From positions 1 to 64,000 of the forward strand of contig CBFFRP010000309.1 of assembly GCA_965644295.1 (NCBI GenBank): DNA of 64,000 nucleotides, written 5' to 3'. Source of the DNA: Paraphysomonas bandaiensis. Lineage: Eukaryota; Protista; Chrysophyceae. Positions 38,890-51,435 of the stretch are shown piece by piece. The notes under the pieces were generated by a model. That model worked only from the letters and a program-made list of their open reading frames with translations. It had not been told where the DNA came from and ran no database searches. The first letter of the stretch is position 1. The number at the start of each line of letters is the position of its first letter. Position numbers and translations under genes: made by a program.

Positions 38890-40152
38890 ATGAATAAGAC
38901 CATGAACTCACAACACCACTCTAATCCATCACATTCATCACCTCAATTAGATAAAAAACAACATCGTATTAAATTTAATGGTAAAATTAATTATGAATTT
39001 CAAAATTATAGGAATATATTTCCGGATATATCTGATAGTGTGATAGACGGACTCAAAGAGGACTGTAGTAAAGCTTTCTCTTATCGTAATAAAGGTGATG
39101 ATGATGAGGATGATGATACAGCATCTATTCATTCAACTGATTATCATAATGATGGATGTACATTTTTCTATCGAGCTAATGAGTCTCCTCGATGTGGATT
39201 AGAGGCTCTTGTAAGCCGTGTGTTTCATATGCATACAAAGGATGCTGATTATGATCCTTCTAATAGTGGAGCAGAATGGTGGACACAAGTGGTGAATTGT
39301 GAGGATGATATTGGATTTCATTGGGATAAAGACTATGCTTATGAGCAAAACACTGGCGTGAATTTGTATCCACATCTCGGCACAGTGACTTATCTCACCG
39401 ATACCGGGGGCCCCACTCTGGTATTAAAACGTCCAGGATGTCGAAATAGTGCTGATGATCATGCTGGACCTGTGCCAAGCATCGTTGTCAGTAAACCTAC
39501 TTTTGGGAAACATATTAAGTTTGACGGCAAATTGTTACATGCAGCGCCAGCAGGTTTATGTGCACAAAAAAGCAATAGTAGTGATTCAAAGTCACCAGTA
39601 ATGCGAATAACCTTTCTTGTGAATATTTGGCTTAACCATATTCCGATTCGGTCACTCTCGTGCCCTGATGAGCTGGTAAAGACATTTGTGACTCCTGTAG
39701 CATGTCTATCTGAACGTAAAGGGGCTCCCACGACTACAACACCTGTGAAAGTTCCATCTCTACCACTTCTTAAGTACAAAAAAGGGCAACCTTTACCGCT
39801 TGATTTGCACAGCTGGAAGTTTAATAATGGTGGCATGAAGTATGCCGTGTACGTCCCGTTGCCGGCATCGGAGCGCTTGGTTAGTATGGCGAAACACAAC
39901 GATGCTTTTACGTTTGCGTATCCTGGAAATGGAGTGGAGGCGAAGGTGGAGTTGGTGCAGGGCTTAGATCCGGCAGTAGTTAATAATGATGTTCGTATTT
40001 CTGTGGGCAGTAAACGTGACTTCAATGAAATTGAAGAAGAATGTCAGGATTGCTGTGCACACCAAGACGAATGTCCGATAGGATATCATTCTGAAAAGCA
40101 AAGTAGAAGAGGATATATGTGGAAACCATTTCACCGAAGATTGTTGGTGTAG
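38890..40152 (+). CDS. Intronless 2OG-Fe(II) oxygenase-like protein
   Basis: 420-aa ORF with HxD (IGFHWDKD), distal His (FDGKLLHAA) and 2OG-binding-type Arg (RITFLVNIW) in double-stranded beta-helix spacing. Confidence 0.65.
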   Translation: MNKTMNSQHHSNPSHSSPQLDKKQHRIKFNGKINYEFQNYRNIFPDISDSVIDGLKEDCSKAFSYRNKGDDDEDDDTASIHSTDYHNDGCTFFYRANESPRCGLEALVSRVFHMHTKDADYDPSNSGAEWWTQVVNCEDDIGFHWDKDYAYEQNTGVNLYPHLGTVTYLTDTGGPTLVLKRPGCRNSADDHAGPVPSIVVSKPTFGKHIKFDGKLLHAAPAGLCAQKSNSSDSKSPVMRITFLVNIWLNHIPIRSLSCPDELVKTFVTPVACLSERKGAPTTTTPVKVPSLPLLKYKKGQPLPLDLHSWKFNNGGMKYAVYVPLPASERLVSMAKHNDAFTFAYPGNGVEAKVELVQGLDPAVVNNDVRISVGSKRDFNEIEEECQDCCAHQDECPIGYHSEKQSRRGYMWKPFHRRLLV

Positions 40153-41731
40153 TATTAAGTCATGTTCGTATGGTATGTATCTTATCTAGCTTGCCTCGGT
40201 CACTAATTTAGAATACGAACGTTCAACAGTGAGATATTATTAGAATAGACAAGTGAGGTCTATTGTGGAAATTGGATAGAGTAATTGTGTCTCACAGTTA
40301 TTTTCATATTTCTAGAAAGCTCTTGTGAAGACAGGCCTGCCCTTGAACATACTAACTATAAAATAGATACTCTTTATATTAAATATATGCAATTCGTTCA
40401 ACTCCAGTAAACCTCCGACCTGCACAACTGCACAAATATCATTATTGTGTTGAGTTCTGCTATATGAGAGCAATTGAAAGCTGTAGTTATAAGGTATTTA
40501 AATTACTGTATTATACAGTTGTAGTCTTGTTAATCGTATTGTGAGAATGAATGACGATAAGCATATAGCGGTAAAACGAATATTGTGACGATGCAAGTTG
40601 TAGTGACGATGTAAGATCGTCGTACGAGAAATGAGTGGTAGTGGAGACAACATGATATTGATGAATGATAAGAGATATTGAATATAATTTATAATTCTCA
40701 GCATTGAGTATAAGTTACCTTCTGTTGTTAAGTTAATACTTCTCATATTATGTCAAACCTTGACATGGTAGCGGACGGTAGTTCCGCAAGTAGTTCGGAA
40801 TGGAAACACCTTCCGAAGTTCGATCAGTTCGGTGTTGTGAACTGGACGAAGCGATTGAGAGTTTGGCTCATGAGAAAGAATCGGAACCATCTTGGGTTGG
40901 AGGAGCGACCGCATCGACCTGCTGACAATGCGTCCACAGCTGTGAAAAACAAGTAGAATTCTAAATGACGCAAAATGTTTATTCAGTTCCACCAATTCGT
41001 ACTGGGTTTCCCCACGAAATCTAATAACCAATTTATTTACCAATTCACTTGCTAACATCTCTAGAAAGCTCTTGTGAAGACAGGCCTGCCCTTGAACATA
41101 CTAACTATAAAATAGATACTCTTTATATTAAATATATGCAATTCGTTCAACTCCAGTAAACCTCCGACCTGCACAACTGCACAAATATCATTATTGTGTT
41201 GAGTTCTGCTATATATGAGAGCAATTGAAAGCTGTAGTTATAAGGTATTTAAATTACTGTATTATACAGTTGTAGTCTTGTTAATCGTATTGTGAGAATG
41301 AATGACGATAAGCATATAGCGGTAAAACGAATATTGTGACGATGCAAGTTGTAGTGACGATGTAAGATCGTCGTACGAGAAATGAGTGGTAGTGGAGACA
41401 ACATGATATTGATGAATGATAAGAGATATTGAATATAATTTATAATTCTCAGCATTGAGTATAAGTTACCTTCTGTTGTTAAGTTAATACTTCTCATATT
41501 ATGTCAAACCTTGACATGGTAGCGGACGGTAGTTCCGCAAGTAGTTCGGAATGGAAACACCTTCCGAAGTTCGATCAGTTCGGTGTTGTGAACTGGACGA
41601 AGCGATTGAGAGTTTGGCTCATGAGAAAGAATCGGAACCATCTTGGGTTGGAGGAGCGACCGCATCGACCTGCTGACAATGCGTCCACAGCTGTGAAAAA
41701 CAAGTAGAATTCTAAATGACGCAAAATGTTT

Positions 41732-42769
41732 TGTGACCACGTGGCATTTCACATGCCTCAGTCACGTGTCTATAGTAAGTGCAAAACTACTAACTACGGG
41801 ATGAAGACAGAGACGATAGAAGTATCAGAAACATATCATTATTACGCTACAGATTACTGAAGAACTAGCACTAGGACGGGAGGTACAATTTCCCATAATC
41901 TGCCAACAGCTCTTCGCCGGCCGCAACTGCCCGAGTGGTCTGCACCCAGACCACGTCCAAGCCGGACTCATCTACTACAAATTCGCAGTTGAAGCGCCAG
42001 CCAGCAGCATGGTCAGAAGGATACACCGTGTTTATATACCTACCATGATTATGAGGCACCCGGGCCAAATAAGCTTGGGACCCCAGCGGCCAAAGGTAAC
42101 CTATGTGCATCAAGTTGTCCCTCGGGGCATCGAACGGAGCGTTCCCACATACGCCTAGCAGCAGCCCTTTCACGGTAGGCATACCGATACCGATGGGACC
42201 TACGTAATAGAGAGCCCCGTCCCCTACGATTGCGAGGTTTAGGCTTAGTGGAGACCGCTGCTGGATCTGTAGTGGCAGACACTGTTTATGCAGCAATGGA
42301 TATGATGCATGTATCTGATGTGGACATTGGTTCTTAGTCTGAGATAGTAGATGTAGAAAAAGCATCATACGGTATGCTGCACACTCACATACATGTTGGT
42401 CCATTGTAATACAGTAGCAGTACTCTGAATACGCAGTATTCAACGGCTAATTTACAAACTGGCGAGTGTGGTGTGTGGTGTCATCGCGAGTGTGGTGTGT
42501 TGTGCTGGTTCTATGTTGCATTGCTTTACAGCTCAGTGTTTTTGTTAAGTGTTGTTCTGTTTGTACACTAGTGTTCTGACTTCACTGGAGGTGGGGTTTG
42601 CGCGGTGATTCTTGGAGAGAGTCACTAGTACAAGCTTGCAACGCTTGACATACTGTTTAGAGTAATAATCATCCTGTTCTCCTGCAATCAGACGTACATA
42701 TAGCTCTGGTTAACTCATTGTGTTTGTTTCTGCTGCACAGCCTTGGTTATCAAACCTGGCTGTGTCACA
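41732..42769. mobile_element. 1,038-bp solo-LTR-like insertion, TGTGAC...GTCACA termini, 4-bp TSD (GTTT)
   Basis: Empty site aaaatGTTTattcag at about 40972-40986; filled site aaaatGTTT|TGTGAC...GTCACA|GTTTattcag. Confidence 0.88.
41871..42240 (-). CDS. SET-domain C-terminal half inside the insertion (fragment or small ORF)
   Basis: GRYINT...NCEFVVD...VWVQTTRAVAAGEELLADYGKLY matches SET motifs RFINH..NC and I..GEEL..DYG..Y; locally GC-rich. Confidence 0.7.
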
Positions 42770-44504
42770 GTTTATTCAGTTCCACCAATTCGTACTGGGT
42801 TTCCCCACGAAATCTAATAACCAATTTATTTACCAATTCACTTGCTAACATCTCTAGAAAGCTCTTGTGAAGACAGGCCTGCCCTTGAACATACTAACTA
42901 TAAAATAGATACTCTTTATATTAAATATATGCAATCCGTTCAACTCCAGTAAACCTCCGACCTGCACAACTGCACAAATATCATGATTGTATTGTTAAGC
43001 TTGTTTATAGATCGCTGTATATCATAGAGAATCCCACAACACGATATCGATGCAGTGCTAGTGCGCTAGTTACAATGAACGGTTATAATAGACTCTAGAA
43101 AATACATTATACTGTGTGTAGTTTTTTGTTATTTAAGAATATATGCACGTTACATATATGTTGGTCCTGTTTCTAAATCGAAAGTAAAGTAAATGTGTCT
43201 ACGTTTTACACACTGCATGATATACTGCACCCTTGAACCGCTGAAAGGCATGATATATATGTAAAATAGTATTGCATTTTATATTAGGAATGTCATCATG
43301 TCATGGGATATAGAATTTCCATATTCTGTTTTTCACACGACCAGCAAGCAGATATAAGAGCGCAATAGATTCTCGGATAGTAAACATTCATAAAAACCTA
43401 CATGTCCCATTCCAATAGTGTGGCCGTATTGTGGGTTCGCTTTCACACAACAATAATATAGCGCTAATTCACTGATCCACCCAGCCGTATCATCATCATA
43501 GCTGACGGAATAGAATATAGTTCGCGCAGATTCTGGCGAGACTTTGTTCGCCTTCTCATCGCCTGACAATGATTGCGTGGAGCTTCTCATTACCAGTTAC
43601 CATGCATGGCTCAGTTTCGGCCTGGAATAAATTGGCTGGGCCACCCTCCCCAAAAATGCGCGGGGTTTCTCGTCATCATGAATGGACCATGCAAATATAG
43701 CCAATACTAAATCCATTACAACACAGTAGTAGGAAAATATCTCAGAGTGTAGTATTGAATTCTATTTTCCTAATCAGGCTGCAGAAATAGAAGTAGCACA
43801 GGTTTCGCGCATACCCTGAAAAGGTTTTGCTTACTAGCAACATATACGCCTAATCATTTATAGGCTAATAGATACAGCACCTTCGAGGTGACTATACTCC
43901 AAATAGCATTCCCAAAAAGGTAAGATGCTACAACTGAATATTCATTGTATCAACTTCTTTCCATACAGAGAACGATGGTGACCAGTGCTGTTATCTCATT
44001 GGGATGGGATCTTTGTGACCAGTTGAGATACAGAGTATAAGCCCTCACTATCACACATGATGTATGATACCAGAGAGAAGGGGTTACTGTTGTAGAGAGA
44101 TTGTCTCTGATTAGAACAGTGTGTCACTGTTGATGAATCACTCAACCAGTGTGATTAATAATTTATTGGTGGTGTGGATAGTGGGATATGTATGTATGTG
44201 TGTCTATGTGAGGGTTGACTAACCACATCACTCTATGGATATACACACACATATAGAGAGAGATGCCTATCAGTGATATGAGATGTATGTTATACTCCTG
44301 TTGGCTCAATCAGGAGATAGATACACTGGCCACAGAGATGGAAGGCATAACTAAAGCTGCTGCCTATACATAGATATATATGCATGTAGCTTTAACAGTA
44401 TGATATGAGCTGTACAGCAGTATACAAGAGTATTATATCACAAAAACGATTGTTCAACATAAAAATGCCATATTTTCATGTATGGAATCAACAAAAAAAG
44501 GAAG

Positions 44505-44578
44505 CGCTCACAGGAGGGCTCGAACCTCCGACCTTTCGGTTAACAGCCGAATGCTCTAGCCAACTGAGCTATGCGAGC
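44505..44578 (-). tRNA. trnN-GTT: tRNA-Asn(GTT)
   Basis: GCTCGCATAGCTCAGTTGGCTAGAGCATTCGG-CTGTTAA-CCGAAAGGTCGGAGGTTCGAGCCCTCCTGTGAGCG, followed by a T-run terminator. Confidence 0.96.
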
Positions 44579-44660
44579 TACTTGTTGTACACCATTCAAA
44601 AATATGGATATATAAATGCATAGCTTACTATAGAAAAATCAGAAAGGAAAAAAAAGGAAG

Positions 44661-44734
44661 CGCTCACAGGAGGGCTCGAACCTCCGACCTTTCGGTTAAC
44701 AGCCGAATGCTCTAGCCAACTGAGCTATGCGAGC
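44661..44734 (-). tRNA. trnN-GTT: tRNA-Asn(GTT), identical copy
   Basis: Identical to 44505-44578. Confidence 0.96.
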
Positions 44735-45057
44735 TACTTTCGATGCTCCACGTGAAGAAATATGTATAATATAAATATTATATTGATTACATTGGGAATT
44801 CTGTATATACAAAAAGTACAAAATTGCTATAATATCTCAATGGAAATTGTTCCATATATGCTTGAATATAGAGAGATAAATTAATTCATGTGTCTGCCAG
44901 AGATAGAAGAACGAGTTCATACATAACTATTTTCTTTGCATTGGATATTCATTGAGCCTTCCTAATTAAGTTTATACTATTTCATACCCCTTTTCTGGTT
45001 GGAACAAAAACTGTAAAAATCAAACTGAAAAAGTTGAAAAAAAAGGAAAAAAGGAAG

Positions 45058-45131
45058 CGCTCACAGGAGGGCTCGAACCTCCGACCTTTCGGTTAACAGC
45101 CGAATGCTCTAGCCAACTGAGCTATGCGAGC
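45058..45131 (-). tRNA. trnN-GTT: tRNA-Asn(GTT), identical copy
   Basis: Identical to 44505-44578. Confidence 0.96.
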
Positions 45132-45350
45132 AACTTTTGTTGGAAGACAATGTATAAAATATATAATATAAATGCATATATCCATATATATTAGTAGAGT
45201 GATATAAAATTGATGGTGTTGAGAATATGGACTTGTGGCGCTGCATGGCTTCTGTATACTAACACACTCTCAGCCTTAACTCACATGAATAAACCACCTC
45301 CCACATTATATACAAGGAACTCATAGATAGTGTATTAATTATTATAAATC

Positions 45351-46220
45351 ATGTCAAATTTAGCTGCATTATCATCAAGTTTACGTCAGAAAGACTCTGA
45401 AAAAACTGGAATTATTAATAATATCAAAGATTTAGAGGGAATTAAAGCACAGAATGTAGCGGGGCAACTCACGTTTGTTGTCAACTCATTACCTGGTCGT
45501 AACAGTAATGATTATACTGTTGATTTAAGTATCTCACCTGCTGATATGAATATGTCAGTTACAAAACTTAATGATTTGGTAATATATTTAGATGATACAT
45601 CACACGTGTGGTAAGTATATACGTATATACAGGCTATTGGAACAGAAGTTGAGTTGCAATTGAAATCAAAAGCAATTACCATTACTATTACTGTTAAATC
45701 TTCTTCATCTGGTGTTGATCATACGGCAACATTTGATGTAAATGATGTTCCAGATAATAATTCCATGTCCACTGATCTAGATGGCAATTCCTCGGAAGGC
45801 TCTATCAAAGTTCACGTGAAGGTCATATGCAACTGTAATGGTATATTGTGACCTTATGGGTTTTATATGTAGGCAACATATGACACTATGGATGGTCTCA
45901 TTGCTAGCAAGCAGTTGGAATTGAAGCAAGTGGAACAGGACATAAAGAAGGTCGCAGAAGAACTACGGGGTGCGACCCAGAAGCAGAGTGCGCCTCCCAA
46001 GCAGAAGAAGAGCAAGAAACAGCAGGCCCAGACTCCAATGGAGTCGGCAGCAGATTTCAATGTGGATGAGGAGGGTGGAGGATTAGGGGGTGGGCTGATG
46101 TCCAGCATTAGTCAGGGTGTTATAACTGCGGCTAATCTTGCCATCAATCATCGTGCTGTAGTGCTCTTTGGACTAGCTGTATATGGCGTTTTTATGCATG
46201 GAGATGTTGCATCTGTTTAA
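45351..46220 (+). CDS. Hypothetical tail-anchored protein (helix, beta-rich domain, coiled coil, C-terminal TM), 3 exons
   Basis: Three in-frame ORF pieces joined by about 50-nt GT-AG introns; C-terminal hydrophobic AVVLFGLAVYGVFM followed by a short tail. Confidence 0.75.
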
Positions 46221-47199
46221 GTTGGGATCTATAGTAGTAATCGCAGCCTCTAGTCGCAGCTTTGTTTATTGTTTTTACTGCCTTGTATTTGGAATGGTAC
46301 TTGCAGCAGAAGTAATCTTACTAACGTAAATCACACTGAACCGAGAAATATTTTTTAATATTTATTACTTTTAGCACAACAGGAAGTACTATAATAACGT
46401 CTTATTATTAATATGTACAAGCTTGTGCGTTGTCGTAACCAACTTAACAACTCGTGATAAGTGCTAAATTATACAACACGGTTTAGTTAGCTTCATGGAC
46501 ATTCGACGAGTAGTGTGTTGAAAAAACCATACGTTCTTTACCAATCTACTTGTTCTAACACAAACAACTTGTGGTCCGTGCCTTAGGCATAAGTCTCCTG
46601 CAGGGCAGGGAACAATATATTGCACTATGCACTATGCAATACTATTGTTAGGTATTCTGGAATATATATTAGGTATGCAAATTGACTAGGCTGAATAATA
46701 TATCTCGGAGTCTGGAGGAGAGTAGAGAGCAGAGTAGCTTAGAGCTCTAGCGCCGGGTCCTCGAGGATGACGAGGCGGTCTCACTGGTGCAATTTTTATA
46801 CTGGTGGATAAAATAGGCGTCCACCAAAATCTGTCACCAAAATTGGAGCTGACTCCAATGTCTTCCTTCCATTATGTGCTGATTATACAGCAATAGACAT
46901 TTAACTGTTAAACTATACAGAAGTCTTTCTAGAACTTAATACTAACATCTTATAATTTGACGCTACGGAGGCTGCTTGTGCGTCACATCCCAATCACCAA
47001 GGTGTTACCACCTCCGCTATTTATCACTATCACTACCCCCTGTCAAAATTGTCATTTTCTCTAAATCCTATTAATCAAAACGTCTACTACATAAAAATGC
47101 AGTTGTGAATGACTTATTAGTACCAATTGGCGTTTAAGAGTCTGAACTAATTCAGCATTGCAATTTCACTAACTAGTGCTTAACTCTGATATCCTACTA

Positions 47200-47470
47200 T
47201 TTAACGCAACGAAAGGTGCTTGTGCGTCACCACAAGCACCAAGGTGCAACCACTTTTGCTGTATCGCTCAAAGCAAACGCAGTGAGCAAGCAGAATGCTG
47301 ATATACCAGACATCTGCTGACTTCAGGACTTTTGAGTCCGTAAAGTGAACAGCCCGGATGCTTGACTTCAGCAGGCAGCCCAACCCCCGCATACCCTTGA
47401 GGAGGGCCCATTTCCGGATGCATTTTTTTTCGTCAAGGCCCAAAGACGTCTACACAAGTGACACTTATTA
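47200..47470 (-). mobile_element. Degenerate Ty1/copia reverse transcriptase relic
   Basis: Frame-scattered pieces in copia RT order: DV..LDE, MGPPQGY, CLLKSS, SLYGLK, SADVWY, FERYSKSGC. Confidence 0.5.
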
Positions 47471-48085
47471 GTGTACCATGTACCACATATAAGCATTCGG
47501 CTATGAGTGGGCATAACAATATCTTCTGACTATATATGCGGTTCATGTTAGTTTCCTGTTTCCGGTTTCCCGGAAAAATATCTCCGGTACTTATCCCCCA
47601 GAACATCACGAAAAGGTGCGAGTCCGACTCTGTTGAGGGGGTGTATCCCAATTCACTATCATCATTCGTTCATCAAATGTTTCCGAGAATGGTATAAAGC
47701 ATTCACCTACGAATTGATTCATGCAATTACATTAAAAGGTAGAAATTTTTAATGGATCAACAGCTATACAGTTGTGTGCATGCCCAAATTATTAGATTGA
47801 ATTTAAGAAACACTTGTGTCCTAGGTTTTCGACAACTCATAGAAAATTACAGCATAAAAAGTATATAGAATATATATTATTAAATAGTCGGTATTACAAT
47901 AACGTGAAATAGAGTACATGGCTGGGGCCTCGGCCAACACCTGATTCCCGGTAGGGGAGACGAAACCCCTTCCCTTCTTTCTACCCTTTTTACATATTGA
48001 TCATAAATTACACCAACAGAGGTTTCATACTTCAACGAGCAAACTGTTGTATCAATACTTCATAAACTTAACATATTAACACATA

Positions 48086-50351
48086 TTAGGTAATGATACA
48101 TTCGTTTCGCAAATCCTTAAATGCTTCTTCGTATAACTTATAATATCCAAATTCGTTCTCTAGATAAAATATTTGAGATATACAGGGTTTCAAGGGGTTC
48201 CATGTACCTTGTTGAGTGGTCTCTGCTTCATGTTCTTCACCACGGTATGACGCAGTAGAGTAGGACAGGTCCAGCAGCTACATCGATGAATTGAGCGCAT
48301 AATTATAGATCGTAAACTAAAACTTACCCACGCATCTCCTAATTCTCTTTCAGTAGAGTTGTATCCACCATACACCAAAAAGTACTTTCCTACCTGCATA
48401 TAAACCGTATCTTATATATGGATCTCTATTTTATCAAGAATCGAATTCATTAACATGATATGCCAGTTGGAAGTTTCCTACATAGTGTACTTACTAATGC
48501 GCCGGTGGAACTGATTCTGGGAGCAGGCTCAGAATGACCTTTCACCTCAGGAGAAAGAAGAAATATATCATTAGCTGACGAAATATCAATGACTGTAACC
48601 GCGTTTGATATCTCTGCCGATCCTCCAAAAGTAATAATCTTATTCCCTGCAAGACATGCGCTACAGCAACACAATGACAATTAAATATGAATAACGCTTC
48701 TCTCACTACAGAGCATATGCAGTGTTATACAATACCAGTGACATCTCCCAGGCAATAAGTCCCTGGCGGATTCACAGGGGGAACGTGGGAACAATTTTGG
48801 TGTAGACCATACTAAGGAGTCATTACCAAATTCGCCTCGAATAATGCTCAAAATATGAATCTACCCAACAACAAATTAAGAAAAAGAAGCTCGTATGTAC
48901 TTTACAGACAAGTCATAAATATGCGTATAACAAAAAATAACTGATACGACAACGTACATCATTTAGCTCGGTTCCGTTACGAAGAAGGTCTGACCCATCA
49001 CTGCCACTAATGAATATAAGCCTATCCGTGGAGGGATGATAGGAACAGGAGTGCCCGAATCGAGGACAGGGCTCTGTACCACTGGCATGGACTACATATT
49101 GAAGAGCAACATGAGGGACAACAGTATCGCCAAAACAAGGCATATAATAACTGGGTTTAAATATATGCATATATGACAAACAGAGCATCGGAAAATAACA
49201 GCAGAAGAAACACTTGAGCACCTCTTCTCCACTGCATTGTAGTCGTGTCTAAACACTCAAGTCGTGTAAGAGGTCTAGTGAGAGTCTGCTGCATATGCTG
49301 CAGAAATGCAGGATCTGGCTCCACACCTTCATTATCTCCAATAAACTCCAACAGTTGCGGAGTGGTTGGAGGACCCAACCCACCAAACACCAACATCGTG
49401 GGGGCATTATTGAGAGATATGCAAGTGGCAGTGTGATAGCCTGAGTCAAACTTCATTAAGAAATCAATCGTATGCAACCACTAATCACGTGAAGATAAGA
49501 GTGCATTTGTACTCGTCATAATGTAGTCATGCGTTCCGGCAAACATTAATTCGTACACACTGATAACGGGAATAGAGAGAACTTACCCCGCGGCCATGGA
49601 AGCATCTCAGTAGACTGCTCATTCCGCTCCACAGTAATTGGTCGATAAGTCGCCTTTCCTGCTACTGGTTTCGTATAGCGGGCTCCAGTTACCAACTTAT
49701 CGTTCTCGTCGCACAGTGATATAGATATGACACACATGTCTGCACTGCAGTTATCACCATAGTACAACAATATCGTCACTACGTACCATTTACAGCACGC
49801 CGGTAGCCCCCCTCGCTGCATCCACCGTACTTGAGTAGGCATCGGTCATTTATCCTCGATAGACTAAACCCATATGTAAATGACATGCTATCCGGAATCT
49901 CACTGATGCAGTTTATCTTTGTGATGTAGGGTAACGTTGTCGTGTCAATAATTTCAAGATTTTCACTATTCGATCCCCATCCCTCAACAGAAACTAGGAA
50001 AAAATCATCTAGCATGCAGATAGCGTGTCCTTCTTGCGATGCGAGAAGAGAATCAATGCTGCGATACAGACACCCCACCCAATGCAACACATCCATCTGC
50101 ATGATGCCTGAAATATCCTGTGAAATAGATTTCCATTTTTGTGCATCAGATTTGTAACTATATATCTGTTCTAGATACGTTATACCACTATAAGGGTATA
50201 GTGCACAGTGTGATTTCCATACAACAGCACTTGAATTATAAGTGCTATACAAGTGCTTTGAAGCCATTATAAAGTTACATATATTCGAAGTGGGTAAATA
50301 AAGTATGATCATATGTATAATATCATCTGGAAGATGATTGATAGTCTGCAT
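48086..50351 (-). CDS. F-box / kelch-repeat protein ending in a CaaX box (CIIT)
   Basis: F-box INHLPDDIIHMIILYLP; kelch blades (LLKYGG, GYHTA..LVFGG, PRFGHSC, IITFGG, LVYGG); terminal exon ...LRNECIIT-stop. Confidence 0.85.
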
Positions 50352-51054
50352 TGTCTTGTGTGTGTGTGTATGTGTGTGTATGTGTGTGTGTGTGTGGGAG
50401 TGGCTTATTAAACTAGAGGTATCTGTATATGGCTAATAGATCCTTATGAAATCATAGGATTGATAGAGAGAGTGCTATTCCCTATCCTGATAGAGGTAAG
50501 GGGGGGGTTCAAACTTGTTGTTTGATAATCTATTGAGATATACATGTACATGTTCATTAGATGGGCTCCTACTCATATATATATATATATCCCTTCTCAC
50601 CTTATCATACATACGTACGTGCGATCCTCATGTGGACTTTACATATAAAAAAATTAGGGTTAATTCTAGAAATTCCGCAATTTTCTACATACTTAATCGA
50701 AATACCTTAATATCTAGATACATCTAGAGTCTATAAGTCATACAATCACATATGAGTATACCTTATATACTGCTTCTGTATTTCTTCAGAATATTCTTGT
50801 AAAAAGTTGTGATTCGAAATATTCGAAATCCGAAATCAGGAAACGGTACATACACACACACACAGCAGTAGGAACTACACAGCAGTGTCCATATACAGTC
50901 AGTGTACATACTCAGTCTAATCCATCTATACATACATACCAGTCTGTTGACTATCGCCCTTACTGTTCAATACACACAAGCATTCATTCATTTCAATTCA
51001 TATAAATTCATTTAAGTAATCAAAGATATTGTGACATGTAAATTTAGGAGTTGG

Positions 51055-51435
51055 ATGAGTACTGACACTATAGATAAACATAATCTTGATATCGCGGCTT
51101 TGTCTAGTAGTCACCTTACTAAAAATGTCAGCTTTTGTGACGATACTACTATACTAATATTCGATGAAGACGAACCAACAAGTGAAATCCCTTTGTGTAG
51201 TGATGTTCAATCTCCTGACGAAGGCAATGACACTACCAATGTATGTGAGGAACAATTAATCACTGTGATCCGTACCAAATTACCGGATGAAGTTAAGGTA
51301 TATTGTCGTCTTGATCTATCCCTGCAGATCCCACGCAAATATAAGAAAGTCCTGGAAGAAGAATTCAACATGGATATTGAAGATATTGGAATGATTTTTG
51401 AGGATGTTTATGTTTATGAATTCTGGAAACGCTGA
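51055..51435 (+). CDS. Small acidic hypothetical protein (about 126 aa)
   Basis: Isolated ORF with protein-like composition and a KNVSF (RVxF-like) motif. Confidence 0.5.
   Translation: MSTDTIDKHNLDIAALSSSHLTKNVSFCDDTTILIFDEDEPTSEIPLCSDVQSPDEGNDTTNVCEEQLITVIRTKLPDEVKVYCRLDLSLQIPRKYKKVLEEEFNMDIEDIGMIFEDVYVYEFWKR

Larger units (their letters stand above)
40311..42990 (+). repeat. About 750-bp tandem array (2.2 copies, starting 40311, 41060 and 42853) carrying a copia gag N-terminal relic
   Basis: Near-identical units; duplicated 68-aa ORF (40750, 41501) with LPKFDQFGVVNWTKRLRVWL resembling copia gag start; unit 2 interrupted at 41732-42769. Confidence 0.9.

Noticed and set aside
43300-44000. 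Coding-like GC-richer patch (ORF 43333-43590)
   Set aside because: Stops in all extended frames and no recognisable motif.
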